A stretch of 64,000 bases of DNA. Source: Patescibacteria group bacterium. Its GTDB lineage: Bacteria; Patescibacteriota; JAHJAL01. Every line of letters begins with the position of its first letter. Position 1 is the stretch's first letter. The notes beneath the pieces are model-generated. The model saw nothing but the letters and a program-made list of their open reading frames with translations, did not search any database and was not told the DNA's origin. This document shows positions 1 to 8,837 of this stretch, in pieces. Location: the NCBI GenBank assembly GCA_041648895.1, contig JBAZOB010000002.1:826-64825 (forward strand), written 5' to 3'. The position numbers and the translations under genes are program-made.

Positions 1-798
1 GTCGATTTGGCTATCGTCCGTCTTTACAATACAGAGACCAAAAAACAGGTTGAAAGCAAAGTGACCGACAAAAACGGTCGCTATGGCTTTTTGGTGAAAA
101 AGGGAAAATATATTATCAAAGTGGCCAAACACGACTTCCGCTTTCCGGCTTTGGGCAGCTATGGTTTATATGACGGCCGCTACACCAATATTTATCTGGG
201 GGAAGAAATCACTGTTCATCAAGACAATGAGATTATCAACCTCAATATCCCCATTACCCCCAAAGAGACGATCAAACAAGCCCTGACCAAAAAAGGGACC
301 TACAACTTACGTCGCCTGCAATATTATCTCGGCGTGGTGTCTTTCCCCTTGTTATCCTTGGGCTTTGTCATTAGCATCGCCATTGCCCTGCTGCATGGCG
401 GATTTGTTAATTATTTTATCATGCTGGTTTACTTTGGCGCCTTGGTTTACAAAATATACAAAATGAGCATCCAGCCCAAGCCCTGGGGACTAATTTACGA
501 TTCCAAAACCGGCCTGCCGATTTCCATGGCCATCGTTAAAATCATCGACCCGGAATACGACCGCATTATGGAGACCAAACTAACCGATCCCGATGGTCGT
601 TTTGCCTTTCTGGTTGTGCCGGGCAAATACATTGTCCAGGTTGAAAAAACCGGCTATCAGTTTCCCACCAATGCCTGTGTCTTGATCAATAAAAAGAAAA
701 AATTTGACTGGTACTGTGGTCAGGTCTTTGAAATTAAATCCGAAAAAGAAGCCTACATCAATATCGACATCCCCCTCGACCGTGCCGCTAACGCGTAA
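1..798 (+). CDS. Membrane protein with two carboxypeptidase-regulatory-like (CarboxypepD_reg-type) beta-sandwich repeats. It is 5'-partial: the ORF runs into the window edge and the track uses a TTG start at position 7.
   Basis: The motif 'DKNGRYGF..KGKYIIKV' is repeated ('DPDGRFAF..PGKYIVQV'), with a hydrophobic TM stretch between the repeats. The ORF is open to the window start. Confidence 0.5.
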   Translation, partial: VDLAIVRLYNTETKKQVESKVTDKNGRYGFLVKKGKYIIKVAKHDFRFPALGSYGLYDGRYTNIYLGEEITVHQDNEIINLNIPITPKETIKQALTKKGTYNLRRLQYYLGVVSFPLLSLGFVISIAIALLHGGFVNYFIMLVYFGALVYKIYKMSIQPKPWGLIYDSKTGLPISMAIVKIIDPEYDRIMETKLTDPDGRFAFLVVPGKYIVQVEKTGYQFPTNACVLINKKKKFDWYCGQVFEIKSEKEAYINIDIPLDRAANA

Positions 799-1726
799 AT
801 TCCTTTATCTTCGTTCTCATCTCTCCCAAGTTTTGACAAAAAACCGTCTTCCCATATTTTCGAAACCAGGTCATTTGTCTTTTGGCGTAGTGATAATTAT
901 TGATTATCACTTTTTTCTTGGCCGCTTCCAAAGATATTTTACCCTGCAGATAGGGGATATATTCTTGCACACTGATGGTGGAATTCAAAATCGGATCGGC
1001 TGGTCCGTATTTTTTGATTAGATTTTCCACCTCCGTCAAAACACCTTTTTTTAAATGCACATCGACCCGTTTGGTAATTTTTTCGCGGATTATTTCTCGA
1101 TCGGGAATAAATGATAAAACCAAACCGGAATACTGGTGTGATTTTATCGTGCTGGGCGGGACAACCCCGCCCCTACGGTCGTTATTCGTAATGTGTAATT
1201 CATGATTCTTCTTCTCAATCGCTCGGATCAAGCGCCGGGGATTATGATAATCAATGCTGTTATATAAATCATTATCTAATTTTATTAATTTATCCTGTAA
1301 TTGTTGTAAAGACAGCTGGTTCAATTCCGTCCGCAAATTCACGTCATAATCCCGATGCAAATCGTAATTATCAACCATAGCCTGGATATACAAACCGGTT
1401 CCCCCGACCAAAAATGGCCGCTGGCCTTTTTTATTTATTTTCTTAATAGTTTGGCGCGCGTATTTTTGCCACTCGTACAAAGTCCAGGGCTTATCGATCG
1501 TCGTTAGATTAATTCCGTAATGATCAATATCTTGGTAAACAATTGGGTCAGAGTAGGGGAGTTGATATTGAATTTTATCAGTGGCAATATCCATTTCCCG
1601 ATAAATCTGTCGCGAATCACAGGAAATTATCGCCCCGTTAAACTCTTTGGCTAATTGCCACGCCGCCTCCGTCTTCCCCGAAGCCGTCGGCCCGCCAATA
1701 GCGATTATTTTTATTGGTAAAGACAT
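788..1726 (-). CDS. miaA: tRNA dimethylallyltransferase
   Basis: N-terminal P-loop 'IIAIGGPTASGKTEAA' followed by 'IISCDSRQIYREMDIATDK', the classic MiaA signature. Length is 312 aa. Confidence 0.85.
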   Translation of the reverse strand: MSLPIKIIAIGGPTASGKTEAAWQLAKEFNGAIISCDSRQIYREMDIATDKIQYQLPYSDPIVYQDIDHYGINLTTIDKPWTLYEWQKYARQTIKKINKKGQRPFLVGGTGLYIQAMVDNYDLHRDYDVNLRTELNQLSLQQLQDKLIKLDNDLYNSIDYHNPRRLIRAIEKKNHELHITNNDRRGGVVPPSTIKSHQYSGLVLSFIPDREIIREKITKRVDVHLKKGVLTEVENLIKKYGPADPILNSTISVQEYIPYLQGKISLEAAKKKVIINNYHYAKRQMTWFRKYGKTVFCQNLGEMRTKIKEFTR

Positions 1727-1940
1727 ATTTTTATTTACTATCAGATTTTGATATTCTTTTTAATTTATCTGCCCTTTCTTTCTGCAAGCGCTCGATCAAT
1801 TTAACCCCCCGCCCACTTTCTTTCATGCCATATTTCTTCTTTCTACTCTTAGCTTCCCGCCGCGCCGCTTTGTTGTCTTGGAAATGGTTATTTCTCATAA
1901 AAAATAATAATTATAAAACGAATATTATCAGTCTCTCTCC

Positions 1941-1976
1941 TGTCATCCCCGCCTTGAGCGGGGATCTCATCAATAA
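1941..1976. repeat. Short palindromic element of the TGTCATCCCCGCC...GGCGGGGAT repeat family (copy upstream of the GIY-YIG gene)
   Basis: The sequence tgtcatccccgccttgagcggggatctcatcaataa forms a hairpin and is closely related to copies at 2358, 12320, 16994 and 50662. Confidence 0.7.
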
Positions 1977-2046
1977 TTAATAAAAACAATAATTATATTT
2001 AATATTAATATTACTAAAATAAAAATACTAAAAAATATCAAGTCAA

Positions 2047-2343
2047 ATGCAAAAATTCTATTACGTCTACATTATGACAAATAAATACAACAAAATCTTG
2101 TACACTGGTATCACGAATAACCTTGTAAGGAGAATCTATGAACATAAAACAAGCACAATTAATAGTTTCACCAGTAAGTACAAATTAACTAAACTGATTT
2201 ATTATGAAGTTCATGAGGACGTTAATGTAGCCATAAACCGAGAAAAAAGATTAAAAAAATGGGGTCGGTCTTGGAAATTTGAATTAATACTAAAACAAAA
2301 TCCTGGGTTAGGTGATCTTTATTATGATGTTCTAAATTGGTAA
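2047..2343 (+). CDS. GIY-YIG nuclease superfamily protein (small stand-alone URI-domain protein)
   Basis: 'KFYYVYIMTNKYNKILYTGITNNLVRRIYEHK' matches the GIY-YIG motif pattern. The 98-aa gene is bracketed by MITE-like repeats on both sides. Confidence 0.75.
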   Translation: MQKFYYVYIMTNKYNKILYTGITNNLVRRIYEHKTSTINSFTSKYKLTKLIYYEVHEDVNVAINREKRLKKWGRSWKFELILKQNPGLGDLYYDVLNW

Positions 2344-2357
2344 ATAATCTTGGAATA

Positions 2358-2509
2358 TGTCATCCCCGCCTTCCGGGGTCCCCGCAAACTCTATTGATTT
2401 GTGGGGTGGGTTAGCGGGGATCTCATCATCAAGACTGTAATATACGCGTTGCATATAAGATCCCCGCTCAAGGCGGGGATGACACAGAAGAGAAGGCGGG
2501 GATGACAAA
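2358..2509. repeat. Composite MITE-like palindromic element of the TGTCATCC...GGATGACA family. It also contains a 45-nt segment that is the reverse complement of a segment in the copy at 8658.
   Basis: Terminal inverted repeats tgtcatccccgcc / ggcggggatgaca. The interior is about 85% identical to the copy at 12320-12407, and the tail ggcggggatgaca is duplicated. Confidence 0.7.
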
Positions 2510-2535
2510 ATAATCATCATTAATCATATTGATTG

Positions 2536-3834
2536 TTAGTTCTTGCGAATCTCCCCTTCCAATCCCCAATCCATCGCTTTGGTTATTTTTACTGGAATCA
2601 ATTTTCCAATTAATTCCTTCTTCCCCTCCAAATGCACCGGTTTTAAACCTTCCGTATAGGCCACCAACCGGCCGCGTTGATATTTGTGTACCAGCACATC
2701 AATGATTTGACCGACTAATTTCTTATTCTTGGCCAAAATAATTTTTCCCAGCACCTCATTGAGCCAATATTTACGCTTTTTCTTCTCGGCTTGGCTGACA
2801 TCATCTTCTAACTTGCTGGCCGCCGTTTTGGGACGGGGTGAATACTGGGCAATAAAAGCCATGTCAAATTGCACCCGCTCGAAAATATCCACGCTTTCCG
2901 CAAATTGCTCCCTGGTTTCTCCCGGAAAACCGACAATTAAATCAGTGGTAATGGTTACATCCGGAATCCATTTTTTAATTTTATCCACCAATACCAGATA
3001 ATCTTCCCGCGTATATTTACGATTCATTTTTCGGATAATTTCATTGCTGCCGGCTTGAATGGGCAAATGAATATAGTTGCATAAATTGGCACGTTCACCC
3101 ACCAGTTTAATTAATTCATCTGACATATCTTTGGGATGAGAAGAGATAAAATATATTCTTTTTAGCTCCGCAATATCCGAAATTTGGCGTAACAAATCAA
3201 CAAAGTCGTTTTCATTTTTACCCTCATGCCAGTCATTGCCATAGGAATTAACATTTTGCCCCAGCAGAGTTAACTCGACACAACCATCTTTGGCCAACTG
3301 TTCGGCTTCAGCGATAATATCGGTTTTCGGCCGTGACACCTCCCGCCCCCGCGTGTAAGGGACGGCGCAATAACTGCAAAAATTATTGCACCCAGTCATG
3401 ATGGGTAAATAAGCTGAAAATGAATTAGTATTTTGCGGAATAACCTGTAGATAATGATCATACTTATCTTTTGGCAACTCGTTGATCATTTTCCACTCGA
3501 ACAAATATTTTGGCAAATCAATCATCCGATCAATCGGCAAACATATATCAAATCGTCCTTTTCCTAATAATTTCTTCCAGATTTTATCCGACACCAAACA
3601 TCCGGTCGCTACTATTCTGGGTCGTTTTTTACTTTTGGCCAACTCGGTAATTTTACCATATGTTCTATCCTCCGCCATTTGTCGGACACTGCAACTGTTA
3701 ATTATCACTACATCTGCACTCTTACTCGTCTTGGACTTTTTTAATCCGCTATTTAACAAAATTGCCCCAATCCGCTCCGAATCAGCGTGGTTCATCTGAC
3801 AACCAAAAGTGATAATGTGGAAAGTTCTTGCCAT
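2536..3834 (-). CDS. miaB: MiaB-like tRNA methylthiotransferase (radical SAM MTTase with TRAM domain)
   Basis: N-terminal MTTase motif 'FHIITFGCQMNHADSE' and the radical-SAM CxxxCxxC 'CNNFCSYCAVPYTRGRE'. Length is 432 aa and the gene is adjacent to miaA. The MiaB versus RimO distinction cannot be made by eye. Confidence 0.65.
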   Translation of the reverse strand: MARTFHIITFGCQMNHADSERIGAILLNSGLKKSKTSKSADVVIINSCSVRQMAEDRTYGKITELAKSKKRPRIVATGCLVSDKIWKKLLGKGRFDICLPIDRMIDLPKYLFEWKMINELPKDKYDHYLQVIPQNTNSFSAYLPIMTGCNNFCSYCAVPYTRGREVSRPKTDIIAEAEQLAKDGCVELTLLGQNVNSYGNDWHEGKNENDFVDLLRQISDIAELKRIYFISSHPKDMSDELIKLVGERANLCNYIHLPIQAGSNEIIRKMNRKYTREDYLVLVDKIKKWIPDVTITTDLIVGFPGETREQFAESVDIFERVQFDMAFIAQYSPRPKTAASKLEDDVSQAEKKKRKYWLNEVLGKIILAKNKKLVGQIIDVLVHKYQRGRLVAYTEGLKPVHLEGKKELIGKLIPVKITKAMDWGLEGEIRKN

Positions 3835-3884
3835 AAATAATACTTAAATGAAAATATTCATCAGTATTATTATATTAGATATTT

Positions 3885-4289
3885 TTATTTTTCTGAAACT
3901 ATCTTTTTATATTGATCATATGTTTTTTGCGCCTTGATCATTTTGGCAAAAGATCCTGCATCGTTTTTTAAATCTTCTTGCAGATAATTCAACAACTCAT
4001 TGACCACCGCCGATATTTGATTTTTACCCTTGGAATGCTCCAAGGACTCAATAATAAACTCCCTCTTTTGCAGCGCTTTGGCAATCTTATCAGAGTACAT
4101 TTTTTTCGTTTTTTTATTCGTCTCCATCACTCCCAAATTCTTGGCCGCCATTGCTTCTTTTATCATATTCGTGGCCATTCGGTAACTAATATCCTGTCCC
4201 TCTTTGGCATATTCATGACTTCTCTTCCCAAAAACCAAGTCATTGGCCAATTCTCGAGGTCGATCCATGTCGCTCATTTTACCAATCAT
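3885..4289 (-). CDS. Hypothetical protein (134 aa, Lys-rich)
   Basis: Clean ORF in a gene-dense context. No recognisable motif. Confidence 0.4.
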   Translation of the reverse strand: MIGKMSDMDRPRELANDLVFGKRSHEYAKEGQDISYRMATNMIKEAMAAKNLGVMETNKKTKKMYSDKIAKALQKREFIIESLEHSKGKNQISAVVNELLNYLQEDLKNDAGSFAKMIKAQKTYDQYKKIVSEK

Positions 4290-4405
4290 AATTACTCCTA
4301 ATAAAATAATAAATTCTCGGCCATCAAAAGCCCCGCCATTCCAATAAAAAAACTTCTCATTAAACTAATAATGAGAAGTTATTAAATTACGCTTTACCAA
4401 TCACA

Positions 4406-6217
4406 TTATAACACATTAGTAATCAATTTTTTATCACGCTCCTTCTTTATCATCTTCATAAACTCCGCCAAGCTCATCGCCCCCATATCTTCCCCTTGGA
4501 GTGGCCGCACCGAAACGGTTTGATTCTCAATATCTCGATCGCCGACTACCAGAATATAATTAGGCTTTTGTAATTCCGCGTTACGGATCTTCTTGCCCAG
4601 CGAATCATCACCATCATCCACCACCACTCGAAAATCTTTATTAGCTAGTTTCTTAGCTACCTTTTGGCAATATTTCAAATGTTTTTGTGGATAAACCGGC
4701 AAAACAATCATTTGCACAGGAGAAAGCCATAGCGGGAAAGCACCGGCATATTGTTCGATCAATACCCCAATAAAGCGCTCAAATGAACCAAATAAAGCCC
4801 GATGAAGCATATATGGTCTTTCTTCTATGCCTTGCTCATTGATAAAACTCATTTCGAATCTTTCTGGCAGATTAAAGTCAAACTGTAAAGTTGAACATTG
4901 CCACTCGCGACCAATAGCATCCTTAACTTTGAAATCAAGTTTAGGACCGTAAAATGCCGCTTCACCCTCCAATTTCGTATAGGATAACTTTTTATCTTTA
5001 GCTACTTTTTCCAGCACTCCCTCAGTGAATTCCCAACCATTATCATTCCCGGCATATTTTTCCTTATTATTGGGATCACGCAATGACAGATAAACATTAA
5101 ATTCCTTGAACCCAAATGTGCTCAGCATAAAAATAATAAAATCTACCACCCGCTTTAATTCTGATTTTACCTGTTCCTTAGTGCAAACAATATGTGCGTC
5201 ATCTTGTGTAAAACCACGCACTCGTAATAATCCATTCAATTCACCTGATTTTTCATATCGATAAACAGTACCGCACTCGGCCCAGCGATAAGGCAGATCA
5301 CGATATGAGTGCATGCCTGATTTATAAATACGGACATGGAAAGGACAATTCATTGGTTTAATCAAATATTCTTCCTTAACTTTTGCCTCTTCGCCTTTTT
5401 GGTATTCTTCCAACGATTTCCCGACCTCCAACGGTGGATACATGCTGTCATTAAAAAAATTCCAATGACCAGATTGTTCCCACAGTTTTTTATTTCCCAA
5501 GTGAGGCGACCGTACCAGATTGTAGCCGTTATTCAGATGCTCTTTATACCAAAAATCTTCAATAATTCGCCACAATAAAGCTCCTTTGGGCAACCACATT
5601 GGCAATCCCATTCCGACCATCGGGTCAATCAAAAATAATTTTAAATCTTGTCCCAATTTCCGATGATCCCTTTTCTTAGCCTCTTCCACCATTTTCAGAT
5701 AATTATCCAACTCGGCTGGCGTCGCGAACGCCACACCATAGATTCGCTGTAGCATTTTGTTTTTCTCATCGCCCCGCCAATAGGCTCCGGAAATATGAGT
5801 CAGTTTAAACGCCCCCACTTTGCCGGTACTTTCCACGTGGGGACCTTTGCATAGATCAACAAACTTACCGGATCGATACAGAGTAATTTCGCCGTCATTT
5901 AATTCATTGATCAATTCGACTTTATATGGCTCCTGGGCCTGGCCAAAAAAATCCAATGCCTCTTTTTTACTCACCTCTTGTCGCTCAAACTTATTGTTTT
6001 GTTTGATCAAATGTCGCATCTTCTTTTCCAAAAGCGGTAGATCTTCCGGGATCAAAGTGCGCGGCAGGTCAAAATCATAGTAAAAGCCATTGTCGATCAC
6101 CGGCCCAATGGCAAATTTGACTTCCGGAAACATATCCTGCACCGCCTCGGCCATGATGTGCGACAGCGAATGCCGCATCGCGTGTACATATTCTTCGTTG
6201 TTATTTTGTTTATCCAT
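4406..6217 (-). CDS. thrS: Threonine--tRNA ligase
   Basis: Class II aaRS with 'HRKLGQDLKLF' and 'FTQDDAHIVC' (ThrRS motifs) and a C-terminal anticodon-binding domain. Length is 603 aa. Confidence 0.9.
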   Translation of the reverse strand: MDKQNNNEEYVHAMRHSLSHIMAEAVQDMFPEVKFAIGPVIDNGFYYDFDLPRTLIPEDLPLLEKKMRHLIKQNNKFERQEVSKKEALDFFGQAQEPYKVELINELNDGEITLYRSGKFVDLCKGPHVESTGKVGAFKLTHISGAYWRGDEKNKMLQRIYGVAFATPAELDNYLKMVEEAKKRDHRKLGQDLKLFLIDPMVGMGLPMWLPKGALLWRIIEDFWYKEHLNNGYNLVRSPHLGNKKLWEQSGHWNFFNDSMYPPLEVGKSLEEYQKGEEAKVKEEYLIKPMNCPFHVRIYKSGMHSYRDLPYRWAECGTVYRYEKSGELNGLLRVRGFTQDDAHIVCTKEQVKSELKRVVDFIIFMLSTFGFKEFNVYLSLRDPNNKEKYAGNDNGWEFTEGVLEKVAKDKKLSYTKLEGEAAFYGPKLDFKVKDAIGREWQCSTLQFDFNLPERFEMSFINEQGIEERPYMLHRALFGSFERFIGVLIEQYAGAFPLWLSPVQMIVLPVYPQKHLKYCQKVAKKLANKDFRVVVDDGDDSLGKKIRNAELQKPNYILVVGDRDIENQTVSVRPLQGEDMGAMSLAEFMKMIKKERDKKLITNVL

Positions 6218-6264
6218 ATTTTCTCCTTGGTTAATTACTTTATAATTAAATTTCGTCTTATTTT

Positions 6265-6312
6265 TGTCATCCTGGAGGCGGAAGCGTTGCGTTCCGGCAT
6301 CCAGGATCCAGG
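6265..6312. repeat. Palindromic element (variant of the TGTCATCC family) inserted between the thrS leader terminator and the thrS start
   Basis: The sequence tgtcatcctggaggcggaagcgttgcgttccggcatccaggatcca is an imperfect palindrome with the same tgtcatcc terminus as the main family. A related variant lies at 11694-11745. Confidence 0.5.
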
Positions 6313-6335
6313 CTTTATTAATGAAATCTACAAAT

Positions 6336-6545
6336 AAAAAATCGTCTCAATTATTGAGACGAGTATAACAAACCCGCGGTTCCACTCAAATTCCCTTTTA
6401 GGGCTCTTGTTTGATAAATTTTACCAATTTTAATTCGTCATTAAAACTGGTCCCAGTTGGTTTTCATTTGGCCCGTCATAAAAAAGCTTGCAGTCAAATG
6501 GCTTTTTCTCCCTGGACAACGAATGTCAAATTACTCGTCTGGTAA
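6336..6545 (-). promoter_or_regulatory. Putative T-box riboswitch leader of thrS, comprising a T-box sequence and an intrinsic terminator
   Basis: The minus strand reads 5'-AAUUUGAGUGGAACCGCGGG (15/19 matches to the T-box consensus AAUUAGGGUGGUACCGCGG) at 6373-6392. It is immediately followed by the hairpin tcgtctcaattattgagacga and a U6 run (6336-6363). Upstream ACC(A) triplets are candidate Thr specifier codons. Confidence 0.5.
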
Positions 6546-6549
6546 ATTT

Positions 6550-6578
6550 AGTATACACCAATAATTAATTGCCATCAA
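6550..6578 (-). promoter_or_regulatory. Putative sigma70-type promoter for the thrS leader (TTGATG-17nt-TATACT on the minus strand)
   Basis: Hexamer and spacing match, positioned at the 5' end of the ~330-nt leader. Confidence 0.35.
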
Positions 6579-6585
6579 TCAACCA

Positions 6586-6915
6586 CTACATCTTTTTTAT
6601 TCGTTCAAGTAACTGTTCGTAACTTTTCTTTTTTGATGGGCTCTGACTTTTCGAATCAAATTGCCGTTTTTCCTTAATAATATTTTCCATTTCTTTCACG
6701 TCATCGTCTATTTCAGCATTATTATCAACATCTATCTGTTCATAAATTAGACCGTGATCAACCAACGGGTGGGTGATAAAGGCATCCTCCCCTTCCTTTA
6801 AAAAACCAATCGCGGCGTATTTTTTTTCTGTTTTCTGTGGATCAAATTTATCTTTTTCTCGATTGAAAGAAACATAACTTGTCCGTTTTCCAATCTCATC
6901 AATATTGGCCCTCAT
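6586..6915 (-). CDS. Hypothetical protein (109 aa), translationally coupled to the upstream gene
   Basis: ATGA overlap with the 6912..7907 ORF. No recognisable motif. Confidence 0.45.
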   Translation of the reverse strand: MRANIDEIGKRTSYVSFNREKDKFDPQKTEKKYAAIGFLKEGEDAFITHPLVDHGLIYEQIDVDNNAEIDDDVKEMENIIKEKRQFDSKSQSPSKKKSYEQLLERIKKM

Positions 6916-7907
6916 GATTTTATTGTTTCTCCATTAATTTTTAAAAATAATTCGTCAATTTCCCTATTATATTTTCTTCTATTAGACAAAAACCTATTAA
7001 TCATTTCCATTCTTTCCGGTTTGATTGTATCAAGCCATTCTTTATTTACTGTCAGTGCCGGTTTTCTATTATCGACTATCTTGTCCTCCCATGAACTAGA
7101 CGCAGCATTGATCGGTGAGTCAATATTACTTGTGTCATTATTACTATTGTTATTAGCTGGCGCTTCGTCATATTCCTGATTATCAATTTCCACCTCTTCA
7201 TTTTCCAAAATATAGCCTTCAGTTAACACGTTGGTTCGGTATTTTTCCGGAAATTGTTTCAGCCTTTTCTCGATTATTATTAGCTTCTTTTGTAAGGGGA
7301 TCAATTTTTCAACCAGAGCATAATGATTAATACTATCCTCGGCTGGTTTTAGCATTTGACTTTGCAGGATTTCTCTCTTCTTCAACAAACTTGTCTTGGC
7401 CTCTTCAAAATAGGGAAAAAGGAAATCATTACGACAAAAAAATTGATTGTCAAAATAATCATCAGTTTTTTTCTCCAGCAGATGGGCACAAATACTATCA
7501 ACGAAAAAATCATTGGGATTATTCTCATTATTTCCTTCTGTTGGGGAATAAACATCTGTTTTCTTCAAACCGAATATTACCACCATCGACATATTGTCAT
7601 AAAAACGTTTTTGCCTTTGTTCTTTATTTTCATCATTCACCAGCACATTTTGCTTAAAAATATCAATCGCTTTTTGCCGTTTATCCTTGTCATTGGCTAT
7701 TTGTTTGACCTGCTCTTCATTAAATAAAATGCACAATTCCGGATCAAAATACCCTGGTTGGTAGCAATTAATAAAATCCTTAACCACCACTTGGGCTGGA
7801 TCCTCCTCTGATGACTCTGCCTGGTGTTCCTTAATTATCGTTTTTTTATCGCCATTTTCAGATGGGACATCCTTTAAGTCATCTAAATTTTTCTTCCAGA
7901 CTATCAT
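6912..7907 (-). CDS. Hypothetical protein (331 aa) with an Asn/Ser-rich low-complexity segment
   Basis: Long clean ORF in an operon with 7920..8618 and 6586..6915. No recognisable domain. Confidence 0.5.
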   Translation of the reverse strand: MIVWKKNLDDLKDVPSENGDKKTIIKEHQAESSEEDPAQVVVKDFINCYQPGYFDPELCILFNEEQVKQIANDKDKRQKAIDIFKQNVLVNDENKEQRQKRFYDNMSMVVIFGLKKTDVYSPTEGNNENNPNDFFVDSICAHLLEKKTDDYFDNQFFCRNDFLFPYFEEAKTSLLKKREILQSQMLKPAEDSINHYALVEKLIPLQKKLIIIEKRLKQFPEKYRTNVLTEGYILENEEVEIDNQEYDEAPANNNSNNDTSNIDSPINAASSSWEDKIVDNRKPALTVNKEWLDTIKPERMEMINRFLSNRRKYNREIDELFLKINGETIKS

Positions 7908-7919
7908 AGTAGAATCAAG

Positions 7920-8618
7920 TTAAAAAATATTAATCACCCGGTAAGCATCCCTAAAATTATCCACCAATGTCGCCAAGTTTACATAATCCAAAAAGACAAA
8001 CATGATGATAATATTTAAGAATAGCAAATTGGCCAGCAAAACAAAAATAATGCCGAAAATCTTCCCCGTTATTTTCATATCCGGTTGCTCAATTTTCAGT
8101 ATTTCCCAGTTGGACAGATAATGAAAACACAGACTGGCGCCCAGTAAAAAGAAAAAGAGAAAATAATAGCCAGTTAGATCCCAAAAACGATTGGCGATAA
8201 AATAGAGTACCGCCAACAAAATTGAATAAAGCGGGAAAAAATACGGCGCCAGATCAATAATAAAATTAGACTGAGTCAACTCCACCCAGCCGCCGCGACT
8301 CGCTACTTTAATCTTTTTCACCTGAGCCCCAGAGAAAATCGCAAAGATAGCGTGGGTAAACTCATGGGCTAGCACATAGAAAACTGTCGACTGATAGACA
8401 AAAAAATGAATCAAAGCATAAATTAATACTCCCATTAGCATTGACAGCATGGCCCGGGAAAAAATTGGCACCTGGGTAAATAGCCTTAACGTGGCCAGCA
8501 AAGTAATCAATACCAGCGGTATCAACAAAATACCCAGCGCACTCCAAACCACCAGACCACAAAAAGTCGCTTTTGGCCTGATAATCCGCTGTTTTTTCTT
8601 TTTTTTCGGTTGAGACAT
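7920..8618 (-). CDS. Polytopic membrane protein with an intramembrane HExxH motif, a putative zinc metallopeptidase (DUF3267/M50-like)
   Basis: About 6 predicted TM helices and 'LAHEFTHAIFA' (HExxH) in a hydrophobic context. N-terminal Lys-rich cytoplasmic tail. Confidence 0.45.
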   Translation of the reverse strand: MSQPKKKKKQRIIRPKATFCGLVVWSALGILLIPLVLITLLATLRLFTQVPIFSRAMLSMLMGVLIYALIHFFVYQSTVFYVLAHEFTHAIFAIFSGAQVKKIKVASRGGWVELTQSNFIIDLAPYFFPLYSILLAVLYFIANRFWDLTGYYFLFFFLLGASLCFHYLSNWEILKIEQPDMKITGKIFGIIFVLLANLLFLNIIIMFVFLDYVNLATLVDNFRDAYRVINIF

Positions 8619-8657
8619 AAATTAATGACAAATTACAAATGACAAGAAAATATTATT

Positions 8658-8724
8658 TGTCATCCCCGCTAACCCACCCCACAAATCAATAGAGTTTGCG
8701 GGGACCCCGGAAGGCGGGGATGAC
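8658..8724. repeat. MITE-like palindromic element (TGTCATCC family). Its interior is the reverse complement of a segment of the 2358-2509 copy.
   Basis: The sequence is tgtcatccccgctaacccaccccacaaatcaatagagtttgcggggaccccggaaggcggggatgaca. Flanking direct tgacaa/tgtcat motifs are present. Confidence 0.65.
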
Positions 8725-8773
8725 AGCGATTATTGTCATTCTTGTCATTTGTGATTAATTCCATTATAGACAA

Positions 8774-8802
8774 TTGAAAAAGAGGTTGAAACATGTTAAT
8801 AT
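8774..8802 (+). promoter_or_regulatory. Putative sigma70-type promoter for uvrA (TTGAAA-17nt-TAATAT)
   Basis: Near-consensus hexamers with a 17-nt spacer, 36 nt upstream of the uvrA ATG. Confidence 0.35.
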
Positions 8803-8837
8803 CAATAAATGTTTAAACGTTAAAAAAATGGAAAAAT

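Noticed and set aside
2332-2520. 62-aa ORF on the minus strand
   Set aside because: It lies entirely inside the composite palindromic repeat (2358-2509). Its sequence is dictated by the repeat, with no RBS or independent support.
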